A stretch of 64,000 nt of DNA from Longimicrobiales bacterium (GCA_045561015.1 JBJKYO010000055.1:1131-65130), one strand, 5' to 3'. Positions 45,062 to 55,595 are shown, counted from the first letter of the stretch. Numbers and translations are program-made. Notes: a model not told the origin generated them from the sequence alone.

Positions 45062-47338
45062 CTAAAAACGGTAAGTGTAGTTCATCTTAACTGAAGCTCC
45101 GCGAGACAAAGTCCTCAGCTCTGGGTCCTCAAGAATGCTGGTACTTAAATTTTGCCAATTGTGAGTGTACACAAGAAACACTTCATTTCCTGGTTTAACT
45201 ATCCACCTTAAACGAGAGAAGAGACCAAACAGATCGCTTTGTTCGTCATACTGGACCTGAGTCACAGTACTTATCCACGGACTGGCCTGCCACTTTCCTT
45301 CAATTTCATAAAGATTGGCTGTGAAGTCGCCTTGAGGAAGCGAAACATCATTGATCTGTGTATTCAAGGCAATAGTAAAACCAGGGGTTGGCTTAATTGT
45401 GACTCGACCACCATATCCCAGCCTATGTCCATTCCAGAATTCTCCGAAACTCAACCCTCCATAAAGAGAGATTTTTCTTCTGCCAGCCGTATTACCCGAG
45501 ATCCTATAATCCCAGGTAGAATATTCGCCTTCCGTCAAATAAATGCCGTCACTGACCTGGTACGAACGGTCCAGAAATTCGTACTTTTGAGTAACGTCAA
45601 AATTGAACCTATCACCGCTTTCGAATTCTACCCCAAAAGGCTTCAAGGCCCACTCTCTCTCTTCGAGGATCCCAGTCCCCAACTCAGTCAGATTTCTAAA
45701 TTGTGCTGAAAAGTCAAATTTTCTGATCCAGTCAATATTCCCTGGACGGGGAGACCATCCTAATCTGGGTTCTATTCGACTGAAGTCATTTCGTGCTACG
45801 AATCCAAGAGATGGTCTATACTCCGCTCCAAACTGTCGATAAGAAAGGTGACCCGACCAAACGTCGTTCGGAAAATTTATACGGAAGCCATGAGCCGAAA
45901 GGTCTTCTGTAGAATGAACCTCCGTCGGATCTGGGTTAGAGTTCCATACGTAGAAAGCTTCCATCTCCACATTGTTATTTCCCAGAAAATTTCGTGAGTT
46001 GAGTTGCAAATCAACCCCCGCAGTATGACGATCTTCCAACACGGTCCCATCGGACTCAGCCGCACTCGCTCGGCGAGTGTAAATCGCTCCAATAGTAGAT
46101 TGTTCAAATACACGCCTCTTGATCCTGCCTACAGTGAATTGTTCCTCTGGAACAAAGTTTGATTGCTCACCAGTAATCCAGGATTTAGCGCCCGTTCCAA
46201 TTTGATAAAATCCTACTTCATACGCTCCAACCTGACCTGTCGTCCGAGCGCCATAACTAACTGGAACCGGCTGGCCATTTTTTAACCCGATATTTCTAGA
46301 AAAAAATGGAGAAGGACTACTTCTTGGTGCAAAGGAAAACACTCCTGATCCTTCCAGGAAGAAATCCCTCTTTTCAGGATATCGAATGGAAAATCGGGTT
46401 AAATTGACCCTGCGATTGTCACTCTCTACTTCAGCAAAATCAGTATTCACTGAAAAGGAGGCCCTCAAACTTGAAGTTATACTATAGTCGAGGTCCAAGC
46501 TTACATCTCTAGGGTAGGTCGTGGGCTCACTATTCGAAGGTGTATTTCTATAGCTGACTATCCCAGAAGGTTTAGCTTCTAACCCCAAGCCCTGTGACAT
46601 ATCTTTAAGTCCTGTCAAAGTTCCAGCAAAAATCGGCCTCCAGAGCCCCTCCGTTCTTCGCCATCCCCTCCAAAGAATCTCTTCGTTTTTCCTTCTTATT
46701 GTTCGCTGGAAATTAATCCCCCAATCCTCAGTATTCGGATCGAAGTTTAGTGTGCGAAATGGGATTCTAATCTCTGCGGACCAGCCGTCTGGCCTCCTAC
46801 TGGTCTGAGCCTCCCATATCCCATCCCATGCTTTGTTCGCACCGCCGCCAAAACCACCACGACCAAAACCACCACGACCTCCACCTCCACCTCCCATTAA
46901 CCCATCACCCATCAATCCAGCCGCGTTTATCTCAAAGAAATAACCAGTGCGCCCATCCCTAAATGTATCCAAGATCCACATGAACCGATCATCTGAACCC
47001 AGCGAAGCATCACGCTCTAGTTGGTTGGCAAGGATTCCTTCAGGGTCATCATAGATAATTGCCCCGATATATAAGTTGTCGCTGTCAAAAATGACACGCA
47101 CTTCTGTTCTTTCTGAAGGCTCTCCACCTTCAAGGGGTTCTTGCTGAGTAAAATCACTTATAGGTACCGCTTGTTGCCATACGTCTTCTAAAATCTGCCC
47201 GTCCAAATCCAGAGTGATGCCATCCGACATCTGAAAGGCCTGGAGAACAGGATCAGGGCTATCTTGAGCGACTAATGTCTCCTTGCTGAGACAACTCACC
47301 ACAAGAATGAAAGAGAATGCTGATAGGACTCTTATCAC
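45062..47338 (-). CDS. DUF5916-like protein with CBM9-like N-domain, probable outer-membrane beta-barrel
   Basis: 758 aa with signal FSFILVVSCLS. N-domain: LDLDGQILEDVWQQAVPISDFTQQEP..EVRVIFDSDNLYIG. The C-terminus ends YTYRF (OMP-like terminal Phe). Contains a Gly/Arg/Phe insertion GGGGGGRGGFGRGGFGGG. Confidence 0.7.
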   Translation of the reverse strand: MIRVLSAFSFILVVSCLSKETLVAQDSPDPVLQAFQMSDGITLDLDGQILEDVWQQAVPISDFTQQEPLEGGEPSERTEVRVIFDSDNLYIGAIIYDDPEGILANQLERDASLGSDDRFMWILDTFRDGRTGYFFEINAAGLMGDGLMGGGGGGRGGFGRGGFGGGANKAWDGIWEAQTSRRPDGWSAEIRIPFRTLNFDPNTEDWGINFQRTIRRKNEEILWRGWRRTEGLWRPIFAGTLTGLKDMSQGLGLEAKPSGIVSYRNTPSNSEPTTYPRDVSLDLDYSITSSLRASFSVNTDFAEVESDNRRVNLTRFSIRYPEKRDFFLEGSGVFSFAPRSSPSPFFSRNIGLKNGQPVPVSYGARTTGQVGAYEVGFYQIGTGAKSWITGEQSNFVPEEQFTVGRIKRRVFEQSTIGAIYTRRASAAESDGTVLEDRHTAGVDLQLNSRNFLGNNNVEMEAFYVWNSNPDPTEVHSTEDLSAHGFRINFPNDVWSGHLSYRQFGAEYRPSLGFVARNDFSRIEPRLGWSPRPGNIDWIRKFDFSAQFRNLTELGTGILEEREWALKPFGVEFESGDRFNFDVTQKYEFLDRSYQVSDGIYLTEGEYSTWDYRISGNTAGRRKISLYGGLSFGEFWNGHRLGYGGRVTIKPTPGFTIALNTQINDVSLPQGDFTANLYEIEGKWQASPWISTVTQVQYDEQSDLFGLFSRLRWIVKPGNEVFLVYTHNWQNLSTSILEDPELRTLSRGASVKMNYTYRF
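46848..46877. repeat. 15-nt tandem duplication inside the Gly-rich insertion
   Basis: ccaaaaccaccacga occurs twice in tandem (46848..46862, 46863..46877), encoding GRGGF GRGGF on the minus strand. It is followed by a cctcca-type low-complexity run to about 46895. Confidence 0.85.
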
Positions 47339-47602
47339 TATATTTTATCTCCACTCACGGACAACTCGCAGTCGCCTCAAGTTCATCAATATCTCATCCA
47401 CTGAGGACAACGCCCTAGAGTGATGACTCACCTAGTAAGGGAAATGTTAAAAATCCCATCATGGACCTTATAAACTAACTCGCCCAAGGTAGATCTCAAA
47501 GAGTTTATCGTTGAAATGGAGGTATCAAAAGTGACACTTTTTTGATAGACTACCTTTTAGGTAATTTGGCGAACGATACAGCTAACCCTAACTAAAACTG
47601 GA

Positions 47603-49123
47603 GTGAACTTGGATACTTACAACTCCAACACTGAAACTTTGGGTCAGAGCTCAACCGAACAAACATTTTTTGGTCAACCCAAGGGACTCTCCATCCTGTT
47701 TTACACCGAGATGTGGGAACGCTTTTCTTATTATGGCATGCGCGCCCTCCTCATACTGTTTATGACAGCTAGCACCAGTGGAGAAAATCCTGGACTTGGT
47801 CTCGATGTAGGATCTGCTTCTGCAGTTTATGGACTATATACAGCCCTAGTCTACCTCCTCGCTCTGCCTGGCGGCTGGATTGCTGATAATCTTTGGGGCC
47901 AAAGGAAGGCAGTCTATGTAGGAGGGTGGATAATCGCAGCTGGACATTTCAGCATGGCTTTTTCTTCGGTGCCTTCCTTCTACTTAGGATTGCTGCTGAT
48001 CATCGTTGGAACTGGTTTCCTAAAACCCAACATTAGTGTCATGGTCGGTGATCTGTACCCCGATGGTGGTGCTTCGAGAGACGCTGGGTTCTCAATTTTC
48101 TATACAGGCATCAATATTGGCGCCCTCATTGGACCTATACTCTGTTCGTTCTTGGGTGAAGACTATAATTGGCACTTGGGTTTTGCACTTGCTGGAATAG
48201 GAATGGTCTTTGGGCTTATACAATTTAGAGCTGGAATACCACATCTCGGAGAAGCTGGACTACTGAAAACCACTCTTTCGAAACAAGAGTTGACTAAAAA
48301 ATCCCGTAATTTCTGGAGTGGTACGATTTGTTTTGTAGGTTTGCTAGGAGTCTTTTCGTATTCGGTTGGAATTGGTCTTATCCCATTATCTTTGACCCAA
48401 ATAGCTACAGGCCTCGGGACCGCTATCCTGATAATCGTAGCACTTTATTTTGCTTATCTCATTACCCTAGGAGGGCATAATACGGAAGAGAAGAAACGAC
48501 TCCTAGTCATTCTATGGTTATTTTTGTTATCAGCCATTTTCTGGTCTGGCTTCGAACAAGCTGGGTCATCTCTAAATCTGTTTGCTCAAAACCTTACTGA
48601 TCGCAACGTTTTCGGATGGCTAATGCCAGCTGGATTCCTTCAATCGGTAAACTCTGCATTCATAATTATTTTCTCTCCAATCTTTGCTTCACTTTGGCTC
48701 TGGTTAGCATCGCGAAACGTCAACCCTTCGATACCAGTTAAATTCGGTCTCGGATTACTGGGTCTTTCGGCCGGCTTCTTCGTCATAGCATGGGGTGCAG
48801 TCAATGCATCCATTTCCCCCGTATCACCAGCCTGGCTAGTTGTCATGTATTTTTTCTTCACCGTCGGCGAATTGGCCCTATCCCCAGTCGGCCTTTCTTC
48901 CATCACCAAACTTGCCCCTGCTGGCAGAGTTGGTCAGATGATGGGAATCTGGTTTGTAGCCACGGCATTAGGGAACCTGTTTGCCGGTCTTGTAGCAGGA
49001 AATCTTGAAACACTGGAACCTTTTGAATTATTTCGTAGCGTAGCTATGACCACCGCGGCCTTCGGATTGCTAGCTCTAGCCGTCAGTCGCGCTGTGGACA
49101 AAATGTCTGGAAATATCAATTGA
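47603..49123 (+). CDS. POT/PTR2-family di-/tripeptide:proton symporter (DtpT-like)
   Basis: FFGQPKGLSILFYTEMWERFSYYGMRALL is the PTR2 signature. The protein is polytopic. The ORF track uses GTG 47603. TTG 47609, 5 nt after GGAG, is an alternative start. Confidence 0.9.
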   Translation: MNLDTYNSNTETLGQSSTEQTFFGQPKGLSILFYTEMWERFSYYGMRALLILFMTASTSGENPGLGLDVGSASAVYGLYTALVYLLALPGGWIADNLWGQRKAVYVGGWIIAAGHFSMAFSSVPSFYLGLLLIIVGTGFLKPNISVMVGDLYPDGGASRDAGFSIFYTGINIGALIGPILCSFLGEDYNWHLGFALAGIGMVFGLIQFRAGIPHLGEAGLLKTTLSKQELTKKSRNFWSGTICFVGLLGVFSYSVGIGLIPLSLTQIATGLGTAILIIVALYFAYLITLGGHNTEEKKRLLVILWLFLLSAIFWSGFEQAGSSLNLFAQNLTDRNVFGWLMPAGFLQSVNSAFIIIFSPIFASLWLWLASRNVNPSIPVKFGLGLLGLSAGFFVIAWGAVNASISPVSPAWLVVMYFFFTVGELALSPVGLSSITKLAPAGRVGQMMGIWFVATALGNLFAGLVAGNLETLEPFELFRSVAMTTAAFGLLALAVSRAVDKMSGNIN

Positions 49124-49276
49124 CGGCTTTAACGGGCATTAGAAATTTGTCCAAGAACTATCGACATCTATGATTACCGCAGTACTATTGAGCGTTCCAG
49201 GTCCTGACTTAGATAAGCGTCGACACATTTTAAACAAAAAGTGGATCAAGATCACCAAGAACTCATATCAATCTAA

Positions 49277-52006
49277 ATGAAAAATAATCTCTACTTATCG
49301 CTGACAACATTCATTGTATCAGGCTTTTTTTCATTGAACTCGTCTATCCTCGCTCAAGAGGAGATCCCCACCATGAGCGCTGGGGTACTCTTAGGGGAAA
49401 TCGAACTGGACGGAAGATTGGATGAAATCAGCTGGCAACAGAGTGCGCCTGGCTCCAACTATATACAGGGTAAGCCTTATGAGGGTAGCAAAGCCCTAGA
49501 AGAAACCGAAGTCCATGTATTGATCGGAGAAAAATTCATCTATGTCGGAGCTCAGATGTATGAATCTGACCCTTCTGTAATAGACAAGAACTTGGTGCGG
49601 AGAGATACAGAAGGACAATACGATTTCATCAATGTGGCCTTTGATCCCAACTTTGATCGGCGAACTAGTTACTATTTTCGGGTCTCAGCAGCAAACGTTC
49701 AATTCGATAAGTACTTCTACAACGATTCCCAACAAGACCAAGCATGGAATGCTGTATGGGAATCAGCAGTGCATCACCACGACCAAGGATGGTCGGTGGA
49801 AATGAAAATACCGCTATCCCAAATTCGCTATGATTCAAATGAACCCAACCAAACCTGGGGTTTTCAATCGTCGCGTAGACGAATGGTTGAAAACGAGTGG
49901 AGTTACTTCGCACTGCATTCTCAAAGGCGAACTGGTTACGTCAGTCAATTTGGTACCTTAGAAAATGTTCGAATACCAGAAAGCTCACGTAGAATTGAAA
50001 CTCGACCATATGTTTCAAATAGCCTGCACAAGGCCACCGCGGAAGAGGGTAATCCTTTCTTTGACGGATCCGAGAACATCGAACGAATCGGTGCTGATTT
50101 AAAATTAGGACTAGGATCAGCTTTCACCGTAGATGCAACGATCAATCCCGATTTTGGACAAATCGAAGCAGATCCAGCCGAAATCAATCTCTCGGAGTTC
50201 GAAACTCGTTTTGATGAACGTCGTCCGTTTTTTGTCGAAGATGCCCAAGTATTTGATTTTCCACTGTCACGGTCTCCAGGTGACAAGCTGTACTACTCTC
50301 GGAGAATAGGCAGAGTGCCTCACGGAAGCGCTCCATCTGGGGCCGACTTCAGTCGCATCCCGCTCGATGCAACCATAGATGGAGCGATGAAATTAACTGG
50401 GAAAACCGACTCCGGCCTGTCCATAGGCCTACTGGCAGCATCGGTCGGAGAAGAGACTGGAAAAGCTTTCTATACAAGTGAAAATCGTTTTGAGGAGTTC
50501 CGTGCCGAACCCAGGTCACAGTTTGGTGCACTTAAAATACAGAAGGACCTTAAAGGAGGAGCGTCACAGATCGGCGCCCTGCTTACAGGAGTTAATAGGG
50601 ATTTATCGAAAGATGATACCTTTGATTTTCTTCCCAAAGATGCTTTGACTGGAGGATTGCACTTCCAGCATCAATGGAACGACCGTGACTGGTCCATCGA
50701 AGGATCTCTAGCTGCCAGTCAGGTAAGGGGGAGCGAGAGTGCGATAACGCGAGTTCAAACTTCTAGCAACCATTATTTCCAGCGACCAGATGCTACCCGC
50801 CTTGCTGTCGACTCAGCAGCTACCTCTATGAGTGGAGGTCGCTGGCAGCTATCGTTAAACCGACAGAATGGTGAGCACTTCACAGGTGGATTCTGGTTGG
50901 GAGAACTAAGTCCTGGTTTCGAAGTGAACGATCTAGGATACAGTCGTGCTAGAGAGAAAATATCTGGTGGAACACGATTGAATTATAAGGAGATCTTCCC
51001 TAGTTCGTGGTACAAATCCTACAATATTGGATTTTGGGCAGCATCAAGTTGGAGTCACGAAGCCCTGGACAATTACAGCTCATGGAATTCCTGGGAAGCA
51101 TCAAGAGCTTCTGGAACGACTAACCTCAGCTTCAAAACGACGTTCATTAACGAATGGAAAAGTGAAGTTAATTTCACTTATAGCTCTGACCACCGAAATT
51201 TTGCTCTGACTCGAGGGGGTCCTGTAATGGAAGATCCTGGTAGTTTTAATGTCAGAGGGAATGTAAGTAGTGACGCCCGAAAAACTCTCTTCTTAAAGAG
51301 TGGGTTCAGTCGTCGTTCTGGACGTAAGGAGTCTGGAGATCAGTTGAAATTCTACGGGACAGTTAGAATACGGCCATCTCCGCAATTCGAAATGTCAGTA
51401 GAGCCTAGTGTGACCTCAGAAACTATGGCTCAGCAATATGTTACATCAACTACGACTTTGCCATATACCGAAACTTATGGAAGACGGTACATTTTTGCTG
51501 ACCTAGAAAGACATACAATGGAGATGGCCACAAGAGTTAGTTGGATATTCTCACCTAGAATATCATTTCAATTTTACGCTCAACCATTCATGTCTTCCGC
51601 AGATTATACCCGCTATAAACAGCTGAAATCTCCTCGAACCTATGACTTTACCTATTTTGAAGAGGGCACCCCAGTCAATTCATCACAATCTCTAACCTGC
51701 CAAAATGGTAGTCTCTGTAGAGACGAAACCACTGGAACAGTGAGAAACCACGTTGATTTCAATGACGATAATGTAGTGGACTACACATTTACTGACCGTG
51801 ACATCAACTTAACTTCATTGATAGGAAACGCAGTCTTTCGTTGGGAATATAAACCAGGCTCTACATTGTTCCTCGTGTGGCAACGCAAGAAAACTTCATA
51901 CTTAGCACTCGGAAATTTCAACTTTGATAGAAATTTTGAGGCATTGTTAAATTCAACACCAGATGACCGTATCATCGTCAAATTAAACTACTGGCTTGGA
52001 ATATAA
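49277..52006 (+). CDS. DUF5916-like protein with CBM9-like N-domain, paralogue of 45062..47338
   Basis: 909 aa with signal FIVSGFFSLNSSILAQ. N-domain: IELDGRLDEISWQQSAPGSNYIQGKP..EVHVLIGEKFIYVG. Shares WSVEMKIPLSQIRY and NPDFGQIEAD motifs with the paralogue. Confidence 0.7.
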   Translation: MKNNLYLSLTTFIVSGFFSLNSSILAQEEIPTMSAGVLLGEIELDGRLDEISWQQSAPGSNYIQGKPYEGSKALEETEVHVLIGEKFIYVGAQMYESDPSVIDKNLVRRDTEGQYDFINVAFDPNFDRRTSYYFRVSAANVQFDKYFYNDSQQDQAWNAVWESAVHHHDQGWSVEMKIPLSQIRYDSNEPNQTWGFQSSRRRMVENEWSYFALHSQRRTGYVSQFGTLENVRIPESSRRIETRPYVSNSLHKATAEEGNPFFDGSENIERIGADLKLGLGSAFTVDATINPDFGQIEADPAEINLSEFETRFDERRPFFVEDAQVFDFPLSRSPGDKLYYSRRIGRVPHGSAPSGADFSRIPLDATIDGAMKLTGKTDSGLSIGLLAASVGEETGKAFYTSENRFEEFRAEPRSQFGALKIQKDLKGGASQIGALLTGVNRDLSKDDTFDFLPKDALTGGLHFQHQWNDRDWSIEGSLAASQVRGSESAITRVQTSSNHYFQRPDATRLAVDSAATSMSGGRWQLSLNRQNGEHFTGGFWLGELSPGFEVNDLGYSRAREKISGGTRLNYKEIFPSSWYKSYNIGFWAASSWSHEALDNYSSWNSWEASRASGTTNLSFKTTFINEWKSEVNFTYSSDHRNFALTRGGPVMEDPGSFNVRGNVSSDARKTLFLKSGFSRRSGRKESGDQLKFYGTVRIRPSPQFEMSVEPSVTSETMAQQYVTSTTTLPYTETYGRRYIFADLERHTMEMATRVSWIFSPRISFQFYAQPFMSSADYTRYKQLKSPRTYDFTYFEEGTPVNSSQSLTCQNGSLCRDETTGTVRNHVDFNDDNVVDYTFTDRDINLTSLIGNAVFRWEYKPGSTLFLVWQRKKTSYLALGNFNFDRNFEALLNSTPDDRIIVKLNYWLGI

Positions 52007-52126
52007 TCCATCCAAGCCTAGACAAGGTTTACCTTCCTTTATATATCTTTCCGCAATGCAATACGCTTTCGGTCGTACAGTAATAGGGAGACTATTCACT
52101 GCGACGGCCCCGACTTGGGATGCCAC

Positions 52127-52831
52127 ATGACACATTATCATAAATTTTTCCTCGTTGTTTTTCTATCAGTCCTCTATGCTTGTGAAGCTACTGACGAACC
52201 AGGTGCACCAGTTTCCCTAGAAGGGGACGCGGAAATGGGTAGCTATGGATTCGGACAGGAGATTGGCAACTCCATGTTTACCATGAAAGACCACATAGAA
52301 CTGGAAAAACTTTTCAGAGGAATAGAGGATGCCCTAAATGGTGTCGAGTCACCTGTACCAATGGCCGAATTAGGACAAGCTGGTCAGCGTTTAGTTCAAA
52401 AAGTTGAAGAAGAAGGACGAATCAGAATGGAGGAGGCGGGAGTGGAAAATGCAACAGAAGGAGAAGCTTTTCTTGAAGCAAACGCTGTGGCAGAAGGAGT
52501 GACAGTCACGGATAGCGGATTGCAATATGAAATACTTGAAGAAGCCAGTGGTCCAAAACCGGAAACCACAAGCCAAGTCCGAGTTCACTACCGCGGTACG
52601 CTCATCGACGGAACCGAATTCGATAGTTCCTACTCTAGGGGAGAACCTGCGACATTTGGAGTAGGGGGAGTAATTCCAGGATTCGGGGAGGGGCTTCAAC
52701 TCATGTCAGTGGGAAGCAAGTATCGTTTCTTCATACCTTCTGATCTTGCTTATGGAGCCAATGGAGCAGGTGGCGCTATAGGTCCAAACTCGACCTTAAT
52801 CTTCGAGCTGGAACTACTGGAAATACTCTAG
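52127..52831 (+). CDS. FKBP-type peptidyl-prolyl isomerase (FklB/FkpA-like, with N-terminal helical domain), lipoprotein
   Basis: The ORF track starts at TTG 52115. ATG 52127 gives MTHYHKFFLVVFLSVLYAC (lipobox). Core: VHYRGTLIDGTEFDSSYSRGEPATFGVGGVIPGFGEGLQLM..FFIPSDLAYG. Confidence 0.85.
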   Translation: MTHYHKFFLVVFLSVLYACEATDEPGAPVSLEGDAEMGSYGFGQEIGNSMFTMKDHIELEKLFRGIEDALNGVESPVPMAELGQAGQRLVQKVEEEGRIRMEEAGVENATEGEAFLEANAVAEGVTVTDSGLQYEILEEASGPKPETTSQVRVHYRGTLIDGTEFDSSYSRGEPATFGVGGVIPGFGEGLQLMSVGSKYRFFIPSDLAYGANGAGGAIGPNSTLIFELELLEIL

Positions 52832-52869
52832 ATAGAGTAGGATTTCTAAGACCAGGGACGGAAGAGAGA

Positions 52870-54096
52870 TCAATTACATAAATCGGCTACACCCGCAATG
52901 AGCCGTTCTACTTCCTCTTGATTGGTATAACAAGCACAACCGGCCCTCACTAGTCCCTGGTGTTCAATCCCTAAAGCCTCTGTTACACCAGAAGCATAGA
53001 AATCTCCATGTGAAAGAAACAAAGCCGAACCGTTTGCCAATCGTTCAGCCACGTCGGCAGAATCCATTCCCTGAATCGTAAACCCGATGGTTGGAGTTCG
53101 AAGTTGCTCAGGTCCAGGACCATATAGCTGGACATGTCCCTGCTCATTCAGACCCTTCCAGAGAAGATTCACAAGTCTTTGATTTCGCTCATGTAAAACT
53201 TCGAAGACATCTGTCAGACGTTCTCGACGAGATCCATCCGTTCCAACCATCTTAGACAAAAATTCGACGGCTGCTGACGCACCAACTATACCTTCATGAT
53301 TTAAAGTTCCTGTCTCTAGTGACTCTGGCAAATAATCTTTAGCACATGGTAGCCGAGGTGGCGATAAAAACTCTTCAAGATCTTTTCGAACAAATAAAAT
53401 CCCCACATGAGGTCCATAAAACTTATACGCTGAGCACGCTAGAAAATCACAATCTATTTCTGCAACGTCTATTAACATGTGGGAAGCCATGTGCACAGCA
53501 TCAACGAAAAAATAAGCCCCAAAGGATCTACACAAATGTGCGGCCTTATTCAGATCATTCACAGTTCCTAGAGAGTTCGAAGCACCGCCTATAGCCAAAA
53601 GCCGAGTTCGTTTAGAGAACAGTTTAGTGAGAACATCCCAATCCAATGTTCCATTTTCTGGAAGCATAGGTACCGTATGCACCTTCACTCCCCTCTCACT
53701 CTCTAAACTTCGCCAAGGAGCTTGATTAGCCTGATGATCCATCTGTGTAACGATTATCTCATCCCCTGGGCCCCAAAGTCTTCCCAAAGTCCTACTCAAA
53801 TGAAATGTAAGAGTGGTCATGTTATTACCGAAAATAATTTCCCCTGAACTGCATCCTAAGAAATCTGCAAATATCTGTCTTGCTTCATGTAAGAGTTCGT
53901 CTGTTTCTTCACTGGTGGGATATCTCCACTCCGTATTAGCATTGTGACATAACAGATACTCACTGACTGCCTGTGCTACTCCAGTAGGGACCTGAGTTCC
54001 ACCTGGTCCATCGAAATACCCTACCGAGTGTCCTGATTGCATCCGCTGCAGGGCGGGAAAATGTTTTCTGATTTCTTCAGTTGAAATCACACTCAT
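52870..54096 (-). CDS. class-V PLP-dependent enzyme (cysteine-desulfurase-like / SufS-CsdA-related)
   Basis: 408 aa. CSAYKFYGPHVG contains the PLP-lysine motif (S-x-x-K). Overall pattern is aminotransferase class V. Confidence 0.75.
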   Translation of the reverse strand: MSVISTEEIRKHFPALQRMQSGHSVGYFDGPGGTQVPTGVAQAVSEYLLCHNANTEWRYPTSEETDELLHEARQIFADFLGCSSGEIIFGNNMTTLTFHLSRTLGRLWGPGDEIIVTQMDHQANQAPWRSLESERGVKVHTVPMLPENGTLDWDVLTKLFSKRTRLLAIGGASNSLGTVNDLNKAAHLCRSFGAYFFVDAVHMASHMLIDVAEIDCDFLACSAYKFYGPHVGILFVRKDLEEFLSPPRLPCAKDYLPESLETGTLNHEGIVGASAAVEFLSKMVGTDGSRRERLTDVFEVLHERNQRLVNLLWKGLNEQGHVQLYGPGPEQLRTPTIGFTIQGMDSADVAERLANGSALFLSHGDFYASGVTEALGIEHQGLVRAGCACYTNQEEVERLIAGVADLCN

Positions 54097-54134
54097 ACTC
54101 GATCCTTACATTCTGATTGTTACTGGAAATTCCA

Positions 54135-55592
54135 TTATTCGTTACTGACAAAAGCATCAGCTTCGATTTCAACCAAATACTTTTCGCCGACAAGTCCAGC
54201 TTGAACAAGCGTATTTGCTGGTGCTATGTCCCCGAACCGCCTTCCGTGTACTTTTGCTACGACTTCCCAGTCTGAAATATCTCGAAGGTATACTCTAGTC
54301 CTAACAACGTCCTTCAAACACCCACCTAATGACTCCAAGGCACCTTCTATCTTATCTATGATAAAATGAGTCTGCGATTCAGGATCACTTCCCCCAATAT
54401 TGCTTTCTCTATGCGTCGCAGTGGTTCCAGAAACCCAAATGTGGTCACCAATTCTGACAGCTCTAGAATAACCGCCGATTCCCTCCCAGGATGTACCAGA
54501 CGAGACTGCACTCCTTTTGCCTGACAGTTCTTTTTTGTTATACGCGGAAGGCACTTCGTTAAAGTGGTCACTTAAATCACCAGATGCTGTCAGAAAAGGA
54601 GGTTTCCTGTATTCATCGCCACAGTCACCTGGTATCATACCGAATACTTCAAGTCCCTCAGTTATAGCGGACCTGTCTGTTTCACCCAATTGCAAATCAG
54701 GAATCCTCGAATTATCGCGGATATGCTCTTCACCCCCCATTCTTAGTCCAAGAATGACACCAGCAACTGCTGGGTCTTCAAGTATGTACCTAGCAGCTAT
54801 GTTGGCTATTGAAACCTCATGAGATTGAGCTATTTCGTGCAAGTGCTGAAGGATCTCCTGGTAGGCCCTCCAGCCACCACCAACTTCGATAAATCTTTTG
54901 TATTTCATTTGTGACCATTTTCCGAGGTCCTTTATGCTTGGCTCGGCAACTTCCAGCCATTCTTCTGAGAGGAAACCACCAGCTAAAGTGCCATAGGCAA
55001 GTAGACTCACCTCGTTAGATTGACAGAAACCAGTCATTTCTTCCTTAGCTCTTTGGTCAATCAAAGAGTAAGAAACCTGATTGGACACGACATCGATACC
55101 ACTCTGAATAGCCATTTTCAGATGGACTGTGTCAAAATTGGTTAAACCAAGTTGACCGATTAATCCTTCTTCCTTTAGCTCCTGTAGCCAGAACAAGCTG
55201 TCCAACCAAACTGGATCTGCATAGTTCCAGGCATGAAACTGTAAAAGACTAATCGAATCGATCCCCATCCTCTCTAAGGAACTCTCCACGGCTCTTCTAG
55301 TATCTTCCCGCGTTATAGGACCAGGTTTTGGGACCCACTTAGTGAGACATTCTACTTCTGTTCCTGGAAAATCCCTGAGAAAACTCCCTACAAGTAGTTC
55401 TGCAGATCCATAGTGGTCGGCCATGTCAAACGTAGTAAAACCAGCTTCCACGTATGAACCCATTAATCTTGTCACTTCCCCAGGATCTAAGCTTCCGAAA
55501 CGCTCCATATCGGCTATCTGCCAGAGACCAGTCAGGACCTCAGACACTTCCAGTCCTGGACCTAACCTGGTCTTCTTTACGACATTTGCCAC
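54135..55592 (-). CDS. aldo/keto reductase fused to a C-terminal RidA/YjgF-family domain
   Basis: 485 aa. N-terminal AKR motifs: DMADHYG (Asp/Tyr), LTKW (Lys), QFHAWN (His). After a linker, the C-terminal ~120 aa are RidA-like: YSRAVRIGDHIWVSGTTA...VRTRVYLRDISDW...PANTLVQAGL...VEIEADA. Confidence 0.8.
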   Translation of the reverse strand: MANVVKKTRLGPGLEVSEVLTGLWQIADMERFGSLDPGEVTRLMGSYVEAGFTTFDMADHYGSAELLVGSFLRDFPGTEVECLTKWVPKPGPITREDTRRAVESSLERMGIDSISLLQFHAWNYADPVWLDSLFWLQELKEEGLIGQLGLTNFDTVHLKMAIQSGIDVVSNQVSYSLIDQRAKEEMTGFCQSNEVSLLAYGTLAGGFLSEEWLEVAEPSIKDLGKWSQMKYKRFIEVGGGWRAYQEILQHLHEIAQSHEVSIANIAARYILEDPAVAGVILGLRMGGEEHIRDNSRIPDLQLGETDRSAITEGLEVFGMIPGDCGDEYRKPPFLTASGDLSDHFNEVPSAYNKKELSGKRSAVSSGTSWEGIGGYSRAVRIGDHIWVSGTTATHRESNIGGSDPESQTHFIIDKIEGALESLGGCLKDVVRTRVYLRDISDWEVVAKVHGRRFGDIAPANTLVQAGLVGEKYLVEIEADAFVSNE

Positions 55593-55595
55593 TTG

